Source: an uncultured delta proteobacterium (lineage in GTDB: Bacteria; Myxococcota_A; Polyangia; Polyangiales; Polyangiaceae). Taken from it: a DNA stretch of 64,000 nt. A model generated the notes under the pieces. The model was not told the origin of the DNA and made no database searches. It saw only the letters and a program-made list of their open reading frames with translations. Positions 18,314 to 28,202 of this stretch are shown here, piece by piece; the stretch's first letter is position 1, and each line of letters opens with the position of its first letter. The DNA lies in NCBI GenBank assembly GCA_963806225.1, contig CAWDXG010000004.1:128001-192000 (forward strand), written 5' to 3'. Both the position numbers and the translations under genes were made by a program.

Positions 18314-19698
18314 ACCCGGCCGAGGTGTCCAGCGCGCCTGGGGTACACGGCGTGCAGCTCGAAGCGCGCGGTGAGCTCGCTCGAGCGCTGGCAGAGCTGG
18401 CCGGGCAGGACGCGCTCGGCGTCATCTCGCTGCCGGCGCCGCGCGCCGCGCCGGAAACGCTGCTCGACAACGCCGCCGGCGACGCCCTGCTCTGGGCCCC
18501 GCCCGGTGCTGCGATCTTCTCCGGGTCGGGCAGCGCCAGACTGCTGGTCGCGTCCGGGCCGGATCGTTTCCAGCGCATCCGCGAGCAAGCCGCGGCTGAA
18601 CGGATGCTGCGTCTGGGCTTTCCGGGTTCGCCCGGGCCCCGGTGGTTCGGGGGATTTGCGTTCCAGGCGGGTGCGCCTGGAACACCCTGGGGCGCGTTCG
18701 GCGAGGCGCGCTTCGCGCTGCCCCGCTGGCGCTACGCGCGCGCGGGCGGTCGGGCCTGGCTCGACCTCGCGGTGCACGGCCGGGAGATGGAGCCACCGGG
18801 CGCGCGCGACCAGTGGATGCGTCAGCTCGACCGGCTGTGGCGATTGCTCTCCGCGCCGCCCGCGTCCGACCGTCACCGCTGTCCGGCGCTGGTTTCGCTC
18901 GATCCGGGGCAGCGCGACGAGTACGAGGCGGCGGTCGGAGCAATCGTGGACAACATCCGTGCGGGCCGCTTCGAAAAGGTCGTGGCTGCGCGGCGGGCGC
19001 TGCTCGAGCTGGATCCACCGCCCGACCCGCGAACGCTCTTGATGCGGCTTTCGGAGCAGGCGCCCGGGTGCACCCGCTTCGCATTCCGGGTGGGCGCGCG
19101 GACCTTCCTCGGCGCAACGCCGGAGCGTCTGATCGACAAGCGCGGGCTCCGCATCGAAACGGAGGCCCTGGCCGGTTCAATCCGCGCCGGGAGCCCGGAA
19201 CAGGCATCGCTCCTGCTGAGCAGCCACAAGGACCTGGGCGAGCACCGATTCGTCGTGCGCGAGATCGTCGGGGGCCTCGCCGGGCTGTGCGGGACCCTGC
19301 GCTATCCCGACCAGCCGGAGATCCGGGCGCTCGCGCACGTGCTGCACCTCCGCACGCCGATCGTCGGCGAGCTCGCCTCCGCGCGGCACGTGCTCGAGCT
19401 GGTCGAGACCCTGCACCCGACGCCGGCGGTGGGTGGCGTCCCCACCCGCGAGGCCCAGCGCTGGATCACCGAGCACGAAGCCGAGCCGCGAGGCTGGTAC
19501 GCGGGACCGGTCGGTTGCTTCGATGCCGACGGCGACGGACAGTTTGCCGTAGCTCTGCGCTCCGGTCTGTTCGAGGGCGCGCGTGCCTACCTGTACGCGG
19601 GGGCCGGCATCGTCGGCGACTCCGACCCCGCGAGCGAGTACGCCGAGACGCGGCTCAAGCTCGAGTCGCTGCTTTCGGTGCTGGGAGTCGACGCATGA
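18310..19698 (+). CDS. menF: isochorismate synthase
   Basis: EKVVAAR, FLGATPERL, TEALAGS, KDLGEH, LHPTPAVGG, YAGAGIV; position in men operon. Confidence 0.9.
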   Translation: MNPAEVSSAPGVHGVQLEARGELARALAELAGQDALGVISLPAPRAAPETLLDNAAGDALLWAPPGAAIFSGSGSARLLVASGPDRFQRIREQAAAERMLRLGFPGSPGPRWFGGFAFQAGAPGTPWGAFGEARFALPRWRYARAGGRAWLDLAVHGREMEPPGARDQWMRQLDRLWRLLSAPPASDRHRCPALVSLDPGQRDEYEAAVGAIVDNIRAGRFEKVVAARRALLELDPPPDPRTLLMRLSEQAPGCTRFAFRVGARTFLGATPERLIDKRGLRIETEALAGSIRAGSPEQASLLLSSHKDLGEHRFVVREIVGGLAGLCGTLRYPDQPEIRALAHVLHLRTPIVGELASARHVLELVETLHPTPAVGGVPTREAQRWITEHEAEPRGWYAGPVGCFDADGDGQFAVALRSGLFEGARAYLYAGAGIVGDSDPASEYAETRLKLESLLSVLGVDA

Positions 19699-21452
19699 GC
19701 GGAGCGCTGACCGCCTGGGCGCGGTTGCTCGTGGAGAGCCTGGCCGCCGCCGGTGTCCGCGACGTCGTGGTGAGCCCCGGCTCGCGCAACACTCCGTTCG
19801 TCTGGGCGGCACTGGAGTCTTCCCGGCTCTGTTGCCACACGATCATCGACGAACGCTCCGCGGGCTTCCTGGCACTCGGACAAGCCAGGATCAGCGGCGC
19901 CCCCTCGCTCTTGATCTGCACGTCCGGCAGTGCCGGTGCCAACTACCTGCCCGCCGTGGTGGAGGCGGCCGCCTCCGGCACGCCACTGCTCGTGCTCACG
20001 GCGGATCGCCCGTTCGAGCTGATGGACTGCTCCGCGCCGCAGACCATCGACCAGACGCGCCTGTTCGGTGCGCATGCCCGACGCTTTGTCGAGCTCGGCA
20101 TGCCGGACGCGGATCCCGACGCGCTCTCCGCGCTCCAGCGCCAGGCTGCCGCGGCGGTACTGGCGTCGCGGTATCCGGACCCCGGCCCCGTGCACCTCAA
20201 CGCGCGGGCGAGAAAGCCGCTCGAGCCCGGGCGCGATGCGGCGCTCGACGCCAGGGTCGACGCCCTGCTCGAACACGGTCCGACACGCGCCGGGCGTCCG
20301 CGCCAGCTTGCCGGTCAGCCCGCCCTCGACGGGTTGGCCGAGGCGTGTGCGGGGGCGCGGAGCGGGCTTCTCGTGTGCGGGCCACAATCCCCTGCCGCTG
20401 CCATCCCGCAGGAGACGATCGCCCGCCTGGCCCGGGCAACGGGCTTTGCCGTATTCGCCGAGGCCACCAGCCAGCAGCGCTTCTCGCTCGCGCCGCAGCC
20501 CGGCGTCGCCCTGCTCGACGCCGGCCCCTGGCTGCTCGAACCAGGCCGGCGGGCCCCGGATCTGGTACTCCAGATCGGCGCTCCGCCCACCGCCGCCGCC
20601 TGGGACCGTTTCCTGGCGGCGCACCCGCGGCTCGCGCGGCATGTGATCGCGGAGCGCGGCTGGCCCGACCCGCGAAGCAGCGCGACCGGGCTCTTGTTGG
20701 GTGATCCGGCGTCCAACCTGGAGGCGCTGGCCAGCGCGCTGGAGACGCGCGCGAGGCAACCTGGAGACTCGCCCTGGGTGCGCTCGATGCTGAAGAATAA
20801 CCAGCAGATCTGGAGCATCGTTGAAGAAGAGCTTGGAGCCCCCGACGGCCGACTCGGCGAACCGGGCGCGGTGCGGATGCTGGTCGAGGCGCTCCCGCAG
20901 CGCAGCGTGCTGGTGGTGGGCAACAGCCTGCCGGTGCGCGAGCTGGATCTGTACTGCCGCGCCCGCTCCGGGGGGCCGGTGGTGTGCTCGCAGCGCGGGG
21001 CCAACGGGATCGACGGCCTGATCTCGGGCGCCGCGGGGGCCGCGCTGTCGGCCGGTGTCCCGACCACGCTGCTGCTCGGTGACGTGAGCTTCCTGCACGA
21101 CATCGGCGGGCTGTACGCCGCCCGCTCGGTCCCGGTGCCTTTCACGATCGCCGTGCTCGACAACGGCGGCGGCCGCATCTTCGAGCAGCTCCCGTTCGCC
21201 GACCTGCCGGGTGTGGACGGCGCCCGGTTGCAGCCGTGGCTCACGCCGCACGGGTTCGACCTGTCGCACGCCGCCGCGCTCTACGGGCTCGACTTCGCCC
21301 GTGCGACCACTCCCGCCGAGCTGCGCCGTGTTCTGGCCAGCGCGCCCGCCGCCCCGCGCGTGGTCGACATCGTTGTGCCGCCTCACAGCGCGCGCGACAC
21401 GCAGCGCCGGATCCGGACCCGGATCGAACGGGAGCTGGAAGGGCCGCGATGA
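19695..21452 (+). CDS. menD: SEPHCHC synthase (ThDP-dependent)
   Basis: VVSPGSRNTP, IDERSAGF, CTSGSA, QRGANGIDG, GDVSFLHD..DNGGGRIF. Confidence 0.95.
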   Translation: MSGALTAWARLLVESLAAAGVRDVVVSPGSRNTPFVWAALESSRLCCHTIIDERSAGFLALGQARISGAPSLLICTSGSAGANYLPAVVEAAASGTPLLVLTADRPFELMDCSAPQTIDQTRLFGAHARRFVELGMPDADPDALSALQRQAAAAVLASRYPDPGPVHLNARARKPLEPGRDAALDARVDALLEHGPTRAGRPRQLAGQPALDGLAEACAGARSGLLVCGPQSPAAAIPQETIARLARATGFAVFAEATSQQRFSLAPQPGVALLDAGPWLLEPGRRAPDLVLQIGAPPTAAAWDRFLAAHPRLARHVIAERGWPDPRSSATGLLLGDPASNLEALASALETRARQPGDSPWVRSMLKNNQQIWSIVEEELGAPDGRLGEPGAVRMLVEALPQRSVLVVGNSLPVRELDLYCRARSGGPVVCSQRGANGIDGLISGAAGAALSAGVPTTLLLGDVSFLHDIGGLYAARSVPVPFTIAVLDNGGGRIFEQLPFADLPGVDGARLQPWLTPHGFDLSHAAALYGLDFARATTPAELRRVLASAPAAPRVVDIVVPPHSARDTQRRIRTRIERELEGPR

Positions 21453-22204
21453 AGCCGTTCGTGCTGCTCCACGGTTTCACCGGCAGTCCCCGGAGCTGGC
21501 AGCGTGTCGCGCGCCTGTTGCCGAGGGACGCCGTGATGTTCCGGCCAGCGTTGCTGGGCCATGATGGCCCCGGTCCCAGCAGTGTGGGTCCCGGCGGCTT
21601 CGCAGCCGAGATCGAACGTCTCGCCCTGCTGATCCGCTCCGCGGGCCTCGAAACCGCTCACCTGGCGGGCTACTCGCTCGGCGGGCGGCTAGCGCTCGGG
21701 CTTCTGCTCGCGCATCCGGAGCTGTTCTCGAGCGCCACGCTGATCGGTGCGCATCCGGGCCTCGAATCGCCCGCGGAACGCGCCGAACGTGCGCGCTCCG
21801 ACGCGCGTTGGCGCCAGCTACTGGAGGACGACGGGATCGAGACGTTCGTCGACGCCTGGGAGCGCCAGCCCCTGTTCGCGTCGCAACAGGCACTGCCCGG
21901 CGATCTGCTCGCCGAGCAGCGTCGCGAGCGCCTGGCCCACGATCCGCGCGGTCTGGCGCGCGCGCTCGCACTGCTCGGGCTATCGCAGATGCCCGCCTAC
22001 GGCTCCGAGCTCGCGCGGATCCGTGTTCCGGTCGAGCTCGTGACCGGCGCGTTGGACGCGCGCTTCACCGATCTAGCGGCAGGCATGCGCAGACAGCTGG
22101 GTGACGCGCGCGCCAGCGTCGTCCCCGGTACGGGGCACAACGTGGTGCTCGAGCGCCCCGCAGTCGTCGCCGACGCTCTACGTCGCGGCATGGAGGCAGG
22201 ATGA
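21449..22204 (+). CDS. menH: SHCHC synthase (alpha/beta hydrolase)
   Basis: [29 protein letters not shown]; follows menD. Confidence 0.9.
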   Translation: MKPFVLLHGFTGSPRSWQRVARLLPRDAVMFRPALLGHDGPGPSSVGPGGFAAEIERLALLIRSAGLETAHLAGYSLGGRLALGLLLAHPELFSSATLIGAHPGLESPAERAERARSDARWRQLLEDDGIETFVDAWERQPLFASQQALPGDLLAEQRRERLAHDPRGLARALALLGLSQMPAYGSELARIRVPVELVTGALDARFTDLAAGMRRQLGDARASVVPGTGHNVVLERPAVVADALRRGMEAG

Positions 22205-23115
22205 ACGAGCTGACCGGAGCAGGCCCCGCCACGCTGCCGCGCTGGCGTGCCTGGGTCCTCGCATGTCGCCCTGCAACCCTCGCCGCCGCGGTGGTCCCGG
22301 TCGCGGTCGGCACCGCCTGCGCGGCGGCGCTGGGCGGGCTGCGCATCGGGCCGGCACTGGCTGCGCTGGCCGGCGCGCTGCTGCTGCAGATCGGCGCGAA
22401 TCTCGCCAACGACGTTTTCGACTACGAGAAGGGCGCCGACACGCACGAGCGGCTCGGCCCCACGCGCGCCGTGCAGTCGGGGCTGCTGCCCGCGAGCAGC
22501 GTGCGCACCGCGATGTTCGTTGTCTTCGGCCTGGCGCTCCTGGTCGGCGCATATCTGACGGCCGTGGCAGGTCCCGCCATCATCGCGATCGGTCTCTTGT
22601 CGATCGCGTCCGCGATCGCCTACACGGGTGGCCCCTGGCCGCTCGGCTATCACGGCCTCGGCGATCTGTTCGTGATGCTGTTCTTCGGGTTCGTGGCCGT
22701 GTGCGGCACGGCGTTCGTCCAGCTCGGCAGCGTTCCAGCTCTCGCCTGGTGGGCGGCCGTGCCCGTAGGGTCTCTCGCGACGGCCATCCTGGTCGTGAAC
22801 AACATCCGCGACCGCACGACGGACCTCGCCGCTGGAAAGCGCACGCTCGCCGTACGCTTCGGACGGCGAGCGGCGCTCGCCGAGTATCTCTTGCTGCTCG
22901 CCGCGGCCTACAGCGTGCCGGTCCTGCTCTTCCGAACGGGCACCGCCAGTGCCTGGGCGCTCCTGCCGCTCCTGTCCCTGCCGATCGCGGTCTCGCTCGC
23001 GTGGCGGCTCTCGACACAGGAAGGCGCTCGGCTCAACCAGGTACTGGCGGGCACGGCGCGATTGATGCTCATCATGGGTCTGACGTTCGCTTTGGGGCTA
23101 GTGCCCGGAGCATAG
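22201..23115 (+). CDS. menA: 1,4-dihydroxy-2-naphthoate polyprenyltransferase
   Basis: [41 protein letters not shown]...GKRTLAVR. Confidence 0.93.
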   Translation: MNELTGAGPATLPRWRAWVLACRPATLAAAVVPVAVGTACAAALGGLRIGPALAALAGALLLQIGANLANDVFDYEKGADTHERLGPTRAVQSGLLPASSVRTAMFVVFGLALLVGAYLTAVAGPAIIAIGLLSIASAIAYTGGPWPLGYHGLGDLFVMLFFGFVAVCGTAFVQLGSVPALAWWAAVPVGSLATAILVVNNIRDRTTDLAAGKRTLAVRFGRRAALAEYLLLLAAAYSVPVLLFRTGTASAWALLPLLSLPIAVSLAWRLSTQEGARLNQVLAGTARLMLIMGLTFALGLVPGA

Positions 23116-23117
23116 CG

Positions 23118-24224
23118 GTGAGGATCGTCGAAGCGACATTGCAGCGCTTCTCCGGAGAGCTGCCGGAGCCTATCGGCAACGCGCGTACGGGATGGCGCAC
23201 GCGCAGCGGCCTGCTGCTCACCCTGATCGACGAAGAAGGGCGTGCCGGACAGGGCGAGTGCGCTCCCCTGCCCGGCTATTCGCCGGACGAAGAAGAGGCG
23301 TGCCGGGAAGCGCTCGAAGCGCTCGACTGGGACGAGCTGGTCCACAGGCAGAGCGGCGCGACGCTGCTCGAAGGGCTGGCCGCGGCGTCGAGCTGTCTGC
23401 CGCAGGAGCTGCCGGCGGCGCGCTTCGCGATCGAGACCGCTCTGCTCGATCTGGCGGGGCAACGCGCTGGGCGTCCGGCGTGGCGTCTGCTGCGCTCGTC
23501 GGTTCGCCGACTCGACAGCCGCCCCTTGCCGGTTTCATTGTGCGGCGTCGTCGTGGCACCCGGGCGACGGCCGGACGACGTGCTCGGAGCGGCGTCACGT
23601 CTGGTCGAGCGCGGTCTTTCCAGACTGAAGCTCAAGGTCGGCTACGAGGGCAACGTCGAGCTCGCCCGCGCGCTGCGTGTTCATCTGCCCGAGGGCGTCC
23701 TGCTCAGATTCGATGCCAACCGCGCGTGGTCGGAACAAGAGGCGCCCGAGCGGCTCGCCAGGCTAGCTGCCCTTGTCCCCGAGCTGGTGGAGGAGCCCAG
23801 CGAGGCACTGGAGGCGCTGCAGAGCCCGCCGGTCCCACTGGCGCTCGACGAATCCCTGCAGACGCCGGGAACACTGGAGCGATTGCGACCCGCGCTCCGG
23901 CGTCTGCGCGTGGAGGCCGTCGTGCTCAAGCCGACGGCCCTCGGCGGTCTCGTGCGGTGCATCGAGCTGGCCACGCGGGCGCAGAGCCTCGGTCTCGGCG
24001 TGATGGTATCGCACCTGTTCGACGGCCCGGTGGCACTCGGTTCCGCCGCCGCGCTGGCGCTCGCGGTCGCGAGCCCGGAGCGCGCAAGCGGTCTCGATCG
24101 CCACCCGGGGCTCGCCATCTGGCCCGCCGTGTCGATTCCGATCGTCGGCGACACGCACATCCTGCCCGACGAGCATCCGGGTCTCGGCATCGAACCGCTC
24201 GTGGGGCATCGCGCGAGCCGATGA
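23118..24224 (+). CDS. menC: o-succinylbenzoate synthase (enolase superfamily)
   Basis: GECAPLPGYS, KLKVG, RFDANRAW, EEP, ALDES, VLKP. Confidence 0.85.
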   Translation: MRIVEATLQRFSGELPEPIGNARTGWRTRSGLLLTLIDEEGRAGQGECAPLPGYSPDEEEACREALEALDWDELVHRQSGATLLEGLAAASSCLPQELPAARFAIETALLDLAGQRAGRPAWRLLRSSVRRLDSRPLPVSLCGVVVAPGRRPDDVLGAASRLVERGLSRLKLKVGYEGNVELARALRVHLPEGVLLRFDANRAWSEQEAPERLARLAALVPELVEEPSEALEALQSPPVPLALDESLQTPGTLERLRPALRRLRVEAVVLKPTALGGLVRCIELATRAQSLGLGVMVSHLFDGPVALGSAAALALAVASPERASGLDRHPGLAIWPAVSIPIVGDTHILPDEHPGLGIEPLVGHRASR

Positions 24225-25663
24225 GCCTGTCGCTCCTGGAAGCCGCGCGGCAGGCCCCGCAGCGACCGGCAGTGATCCTCCACTCCCGCGTGATCGACTA
24301 CGCCGGGCTCGCGGAACGCATGCTCGTCGCCGTGGCGTGGCTCCGCAGACAGGGCGCGCCGTTCAACGGGGTGTCCAACGGGTCGGCGGCCCTTGTGGCC
24401 AGCGCGGACGTCGACACGCTCGCGATGATGCACGCCCTGACCGCACTCGGCGTGCCGTTCATTCCACTGCATCCCCGCCTCACGCCGCAGGAGCGGCGGG
24501 ACGTGATCGAGCAGACAGCGCCGGCAGTCGTGGTCGACACCCGCTGGAGCGACGCGGCGCACGCACTGGCACCGGCCGATCCCGACAGCGTCGTCGACGT
24601 GCCCGACGATGAGCGCCCGCTGGCGATACTGCACACGTCCGGGACCAGCGGGCGCCCGAAGGGCGTCGTGCTGCCGCGGCGTGCGTTCCTGGCGGCTGCG
24701 CGTGGGAGCGAGGAAAACCTCGGCTGGCGGCCGGACGACCGCTGGCTCCTGTGCCTACCGCTGGCGCACGTCGGGGGCCTGTCCATCGTGACCCGCTGTC
24801 TGCTCGGCCGCCGTTCGCTGGTGATGTTGCCGCCGGACACGCGCCTCGACGCCGGAAACCTCGCCGATGCCGTGGAGCGCGATCGCGTCACACTGATGTC
24901 GCTGGTACCGACGCTGCTCGACCGGCTGCTCGCGCTCGAAGGCTGGAACCTGCCGCGACATGTCCGCGCCATCCTGCTGGGAGGCGCGGCCGCGTCGCCC
25001 CGGTTGCTCGAGCGCGCCGCCGAGCGCGGCTACCCGGTGCTCACGACCTACGGTCTCACCGAGGCCTGCTCGCAGGTGAGCACGCAGCGCGTCGGGACGG
25101 TCAATACCGGCCAGCTCGGGGCCGGCCCACCGGTGGCCGGCGTCGAGGTTCGGATTGTCGACGGCATCGTGCAGGTGCGCGGGAAAAACCTCTTCTCGGG
25201 ATATCATCCGCCCGGCGATCCGCCGCTTGACGCGGAAGGCTGGCTGCCGACGGGCGATGCTGGCTTCCTCGACGAAGCGGGCAACCTGCATCTGCTGGGC
25301 CGGCGCGCCGATCTGATCGTCACCGGCGGCGAGAACGTGTATCCCGCCGAGGTCGAGGCGGCGCTCGAGCGCTGTGCGGGCATCGCTGAAGCGTGCGTGT
25401 TCGGCGTCGAGGACGAGCGTTGGGGGCAGATCGTGGCGGCCGCGCTGGTGCCAGCGTCCGGGGTGCGGGTCGACGTAGACGCACTCGCCGCCGCGCTACG
25501 CGGCGTGCTGGCACCGTTCAAACGCCCGCGGCGCGTGGCGTTGGTCGAAGCCCTGGCGCGCAGCGCTTCCGGCAAGCTCGATCGCCGCGCGACCGCAACG
25601 GCCGTCCAGGCACAGCTCGTGCCACTCCAGGCTAGCGCGGAGCCGTCGGGCGACCCAGGTTGA
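24221..25663 (+). CDS. menE: o-succinylbenzoate-CoA ligase
   Basis: HTSGTSGRPKG, LPLAHVGGL, TYGLTEACSQ, TGD, GGENVYPAEVE. Confidence 0.9.
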   Translation: MSLSLLEAARQAPQRPAVILHSRVIDYAGLAERMLVAVAWLRRQGAPFNGVSNGSAALVASADVDTLAMMHALTALGVPFIPLHPRLTPQERRDVIEQTAPAVVVDTRWSDAAHALAPADPDSVVDVPDDERPLAILHTSGTSGRPKGVVLPRRAFLAAARGSEENLGWRPDDRWLLCLPLAHVGGLSIVTRCLLGRRSLVMLPPDTRLDAGNLADAVERDRVTLMSLVPTLLDRLLALEGWNLPRHVRAILLGGAAASPRLLERAAERGYPVLTTYGLTEACSQVSTQRVGTVNTGQLGAGPPVAGVEVRIVDGIVQVRGKNLFSGYHPPGDPPLDAEGWLPTGDAGFLDEAGNLHLLGRRADLIVTGGENVYPAEVEAALERCAGIAEACVFGVEDERWGQIVAAALVPASGVRVDVDALAAALRGVLAPFKRPRRVALVEALARSASGKLDRRATATAVQAQLVPLQASAEPSGDPG

Positions 25664-25689
25664 GCGTTCATCCAGGAATTGGAGGCGTC

Positions 25690-27273
25690 GTGGAACAGCC
25701 GCAGCATTTCGACTTCATCATCGTCGGCTCGGGCTTCGGCGGCAGCGTGTCGGCGCTCAGGCTGTGCGAGAAGGGCTACCGGGTGCTGCTGCTCGAAAAG
25801 GGCCGTCGCTTCGCGCCGGAGGACTTTCCGGAGACCAACTGGGACCTCAGGCGCTGGCTGTGGATGCCCGGAGCCGGCATGCACGGCATCTTCAAGATGA
25901 GCTTCTTCCAGCATGTCACCATCTTCTCCGGAGTCGGTGTCGGCGGCGGCTCGCTCGTCTACGCGAACACGCTGCCTGTGCCGAAGCAGGAGTTCTTCGA
26001 GACCGGCTCGTGGGCAAAGCTTGCCGACTGGCGCGCAGAGCTCGGGCCGCACTACACCACGGCCCAGCGCATGCTGGGAGCGACCGCGAATCCGCGGCTG
26101 ATGCCCGGCGACGAGGTGCTGCGCGACATCGCGCGCGAGATGGGACGAGAGGATCAGTTCGGCCCCACGAACGTGGCGGTGTACTTCGGCAAACCGGGCA
26201 CGCGCGCGGCGGACCCCTACTTCGATGGACGCGGACCGGAACGCAGCGGGTGCATCTTCTGCGGGGCGTGCATGACCGGATGCCGCCACCGCGCCAAGAA
26301 CACACTGGACCTGAACTACCTCTACCTCGCCGAGCGCCTCGGGCTCGTTCTGCGCGCGGAGACGCTCGTCGAGGCCGTGCGGCCCAGGCCCGGCGGCGGC
26401 TATCGCGTCCAGGCCCGCGAGGGGCTCGGAATACGCAAACAGCGCCGCGACTTCACGGCGGATCGGGTGATCCTGAGCGGCGGCGTGCTGGGCACGGTCG
26501 AGCTGCTCCTGGCGATGCGCGACGAGCCGGACGGGCTGCCGCGACTGTCGTCGCGTACCGGCGAGCTGGTGCGGACCAACTCCGAGAGCCTGATGGCCGT
26601 GGTGACGCGCCGCCGCGATGTCGATCTGTCGCAGGGTGTTGCCATCGGCTCGATCCTCCATACCGACGACCATTCGCACCTGGAACCGGTGCGCTATGGC
26701 GCGGGTTCGGGCTTCTTCCGGCTGCTCACCGCGCCCCACACACCCTTCGCGACCACCAGCGAGCGGCTCTTGCATGCAGCCGGGATCCTGCTCCGCCACC
26801 CGGCGCGCATGTTGGGCGTGATGGCCGTTCCGGACTTCGCGCGCTACTCGCAGATCCTGCTCTACATGCGATCGCTCGAGGGCACGCTGGCGTTCCGGCG
26901 CGGGCGCGGTCTGCGCACCGGTTTCAAGCCGGGGCTGGAAACGTCACTCTCCGACGGCCCTGCTCCCGCAGCGTTCATCCCCGAAGCCACGGAACTCGCC
27001 GAGCGCTTCGCCAGGAAGATCGACGGCGTGCCGGTCAACATGGTCACCGAGACGCTGATGGGCGTGCCCTCCACGGCGCACATCCTCGGGGGCGCGTGCA
27101 TCGGCAGCGACGCCGACCAGGGCGTCATCGACGCGAACCACGAGGTGTTCGGCTATCCCGGCCTATACGTGATCGACGGCGCCGCCGTCAGCGCCAATCC
27201 CGGCGTCAATCCGTCGCTCACCATCACGGCCATGGCCGAGCGGGCGATGAGCCGTATCCCGGCGCGGCAGTAG
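25690..27273 (+). CDS. GMC-family FAD oxidoreductase (cholesterol oxidase/ChoD-like)
   Basis: IVGSGFGGSV, GVGGGSLVYAN, CIFCGACMTGC, AHILGG, NPGVNPSLTITA; SD GGAGG at 25681 before GTG 25690. Confidence 0.88.
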   Translation: MEQPQHFDFIIVGSGFGGSVSALRLCEKGYRVLLLEKGRRFAPEDFPETNWDLRRWLWMPGAGMHGIFKMSFFQHVTIFSGVGVGGGSLVYANTLPVPKQEFFETGSWAKLADWRAELGPHYTTAQRMLGATANPRLMPGDEVLRDIAREMGREDQFGPTNVAVYFGKPGTRAADPYFDGRGPERSGCIFCGACMTGCRHRAKNTLDLNYLYLAERLGLVLRAETLVEAVRPRPGGGYRVQAREGLGIRKQRRDFTADRVILSGGVLGTVELLLAMRDEPDGLPRLSSRTGELVRTNSESLMAVVTRRRDVDLSQGVAIGSILHTDDHSHLEPVRYGAGSGFFRLLTAPHTPFATTSERLLHAAGILLRHPARMLGVMAVPDFARYSQILLYMRSLEGTLAFRRGRGLRTGFKPGLETSLSDGPAPAAFIPEATELAERFARKIDGVPVNMVTETLMGVPSTAHILGGACIGSDADQGVIDANHEVFGYPGLYVIDGAAVSANPGVNPSLTITAMAERAMSRIPARQ

Positions 27274-27284
27274 CCGTCACGCCG

Positions 27285-28059
27285 TCAGTGGAAGTCCTGC
27301 ACGGCCCAGATGGAGCCGTTCGAACGTCTTGTAGAAGCCGCAAGCGACCTTGGTGTACTTCGTGCTCGACATGTTGATGTAGTGGCCGTGGGCCTGGAAG
27401 TCCGCACCGGGACCTTCGTTCCACATCTGCTGCAGACAGCTTCCGGTACCATCGGTGATCGAGCTCACGGACGGCCAGCCCGGGCATTCGTTCTGCGCCA
27501 TCTCGCCGCACTTGCCGAAGGCGCCATGTGCGGTTCCACTCTGGCTATCGCTCTTCGCCTGGCTGTCGGTGCACGGCTCGACGGTGCCGGTCCAGCGCGC
27601 GTAGGGCGCCAGCTTCAGCGTGGCGCGGAACGCGTTGATCCGGTCGACGCACTTCTGCCGTGCCGCCGCGTAGGGATCGCTGCTGGAGCTTCCTCCGGTC
27701 GAGGAGCTTCCTCCGGTCGAGGAGCTTCCTCCGGTCGAGGAGCTTCCTCCGGTCGAGGAGCTTCCTCCGGTCGAGGAGCTTCCTCCAGTCGAGGAGCTTC
27801 CTCCATTGCCCGTCCCGCAGGCGCTTCCGCACGCCTGCACCTTTCCGGTGTTGCACACGCAACGCGAATAACAACTGTTGCAGCTGCCGCAGTCGGGACT
27901 CGTCGTGCAGCCCGTCGCCCCCACGTTGCCTCCGCTCCCGCCCGACGAGGTTCCGGCTCCGCTTCCTCCGAACCCACCACCGCTCCCCGAGCCGGCGCTG
28001 CTGCAGGCGTTCGCGATGACCACTATTGCCGCTCCGGCAAGAAAGCTCGTAAGGCGCAT
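27285..28059 (-). CDS. Cys-rich lipoprotein with Gly/Ser linker and CAP/SCP-like C-terminal domain (1-nt frameshift near 27323; corrected end YKTSNGSIWAVQDFH*)
   Basis: Strong SD AGAGGAGG, lipobox-like ANAC, INAFRA, AQNEC, MWNEG, HGHYINM, VACGF. Confidence 0.75.
27685..27804. repeat. 18-bp tandem repeat (6 full copies + partial) encoding (GGSSST)n
   Basis: ggagcttcctccggtcga x5, one variant ggagcttcctccagtcga, then ggagcttcctcc. Confidence 0.95.
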
Positions 28060-28202
28060 TTTGCCCTCCTCTATCCAGTGTATCCCATCCGTGCCCGCCC
28101 TGCCGGAGCAACCCGCGCCTTCGCACTCTTGACTACACCGTGCGGGGCAAGCCCCCGAGATTCCGTGCTTGCTCCGCCTGAACCTCGACTAGGCTCCGCC
28201 GC

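Noticed and set aside
27685..27804. Possible CRISPR array
   Set aside because: 18-bp units are contiguous without spacers, in frame within a CDS, and no cas genes are present
28081..28190. Metal-sensing riboswitch upstream of the ZIP gene
   Set aside because: Only short GC-rich stems; no recognisable consensus, and the gene appears leaderless
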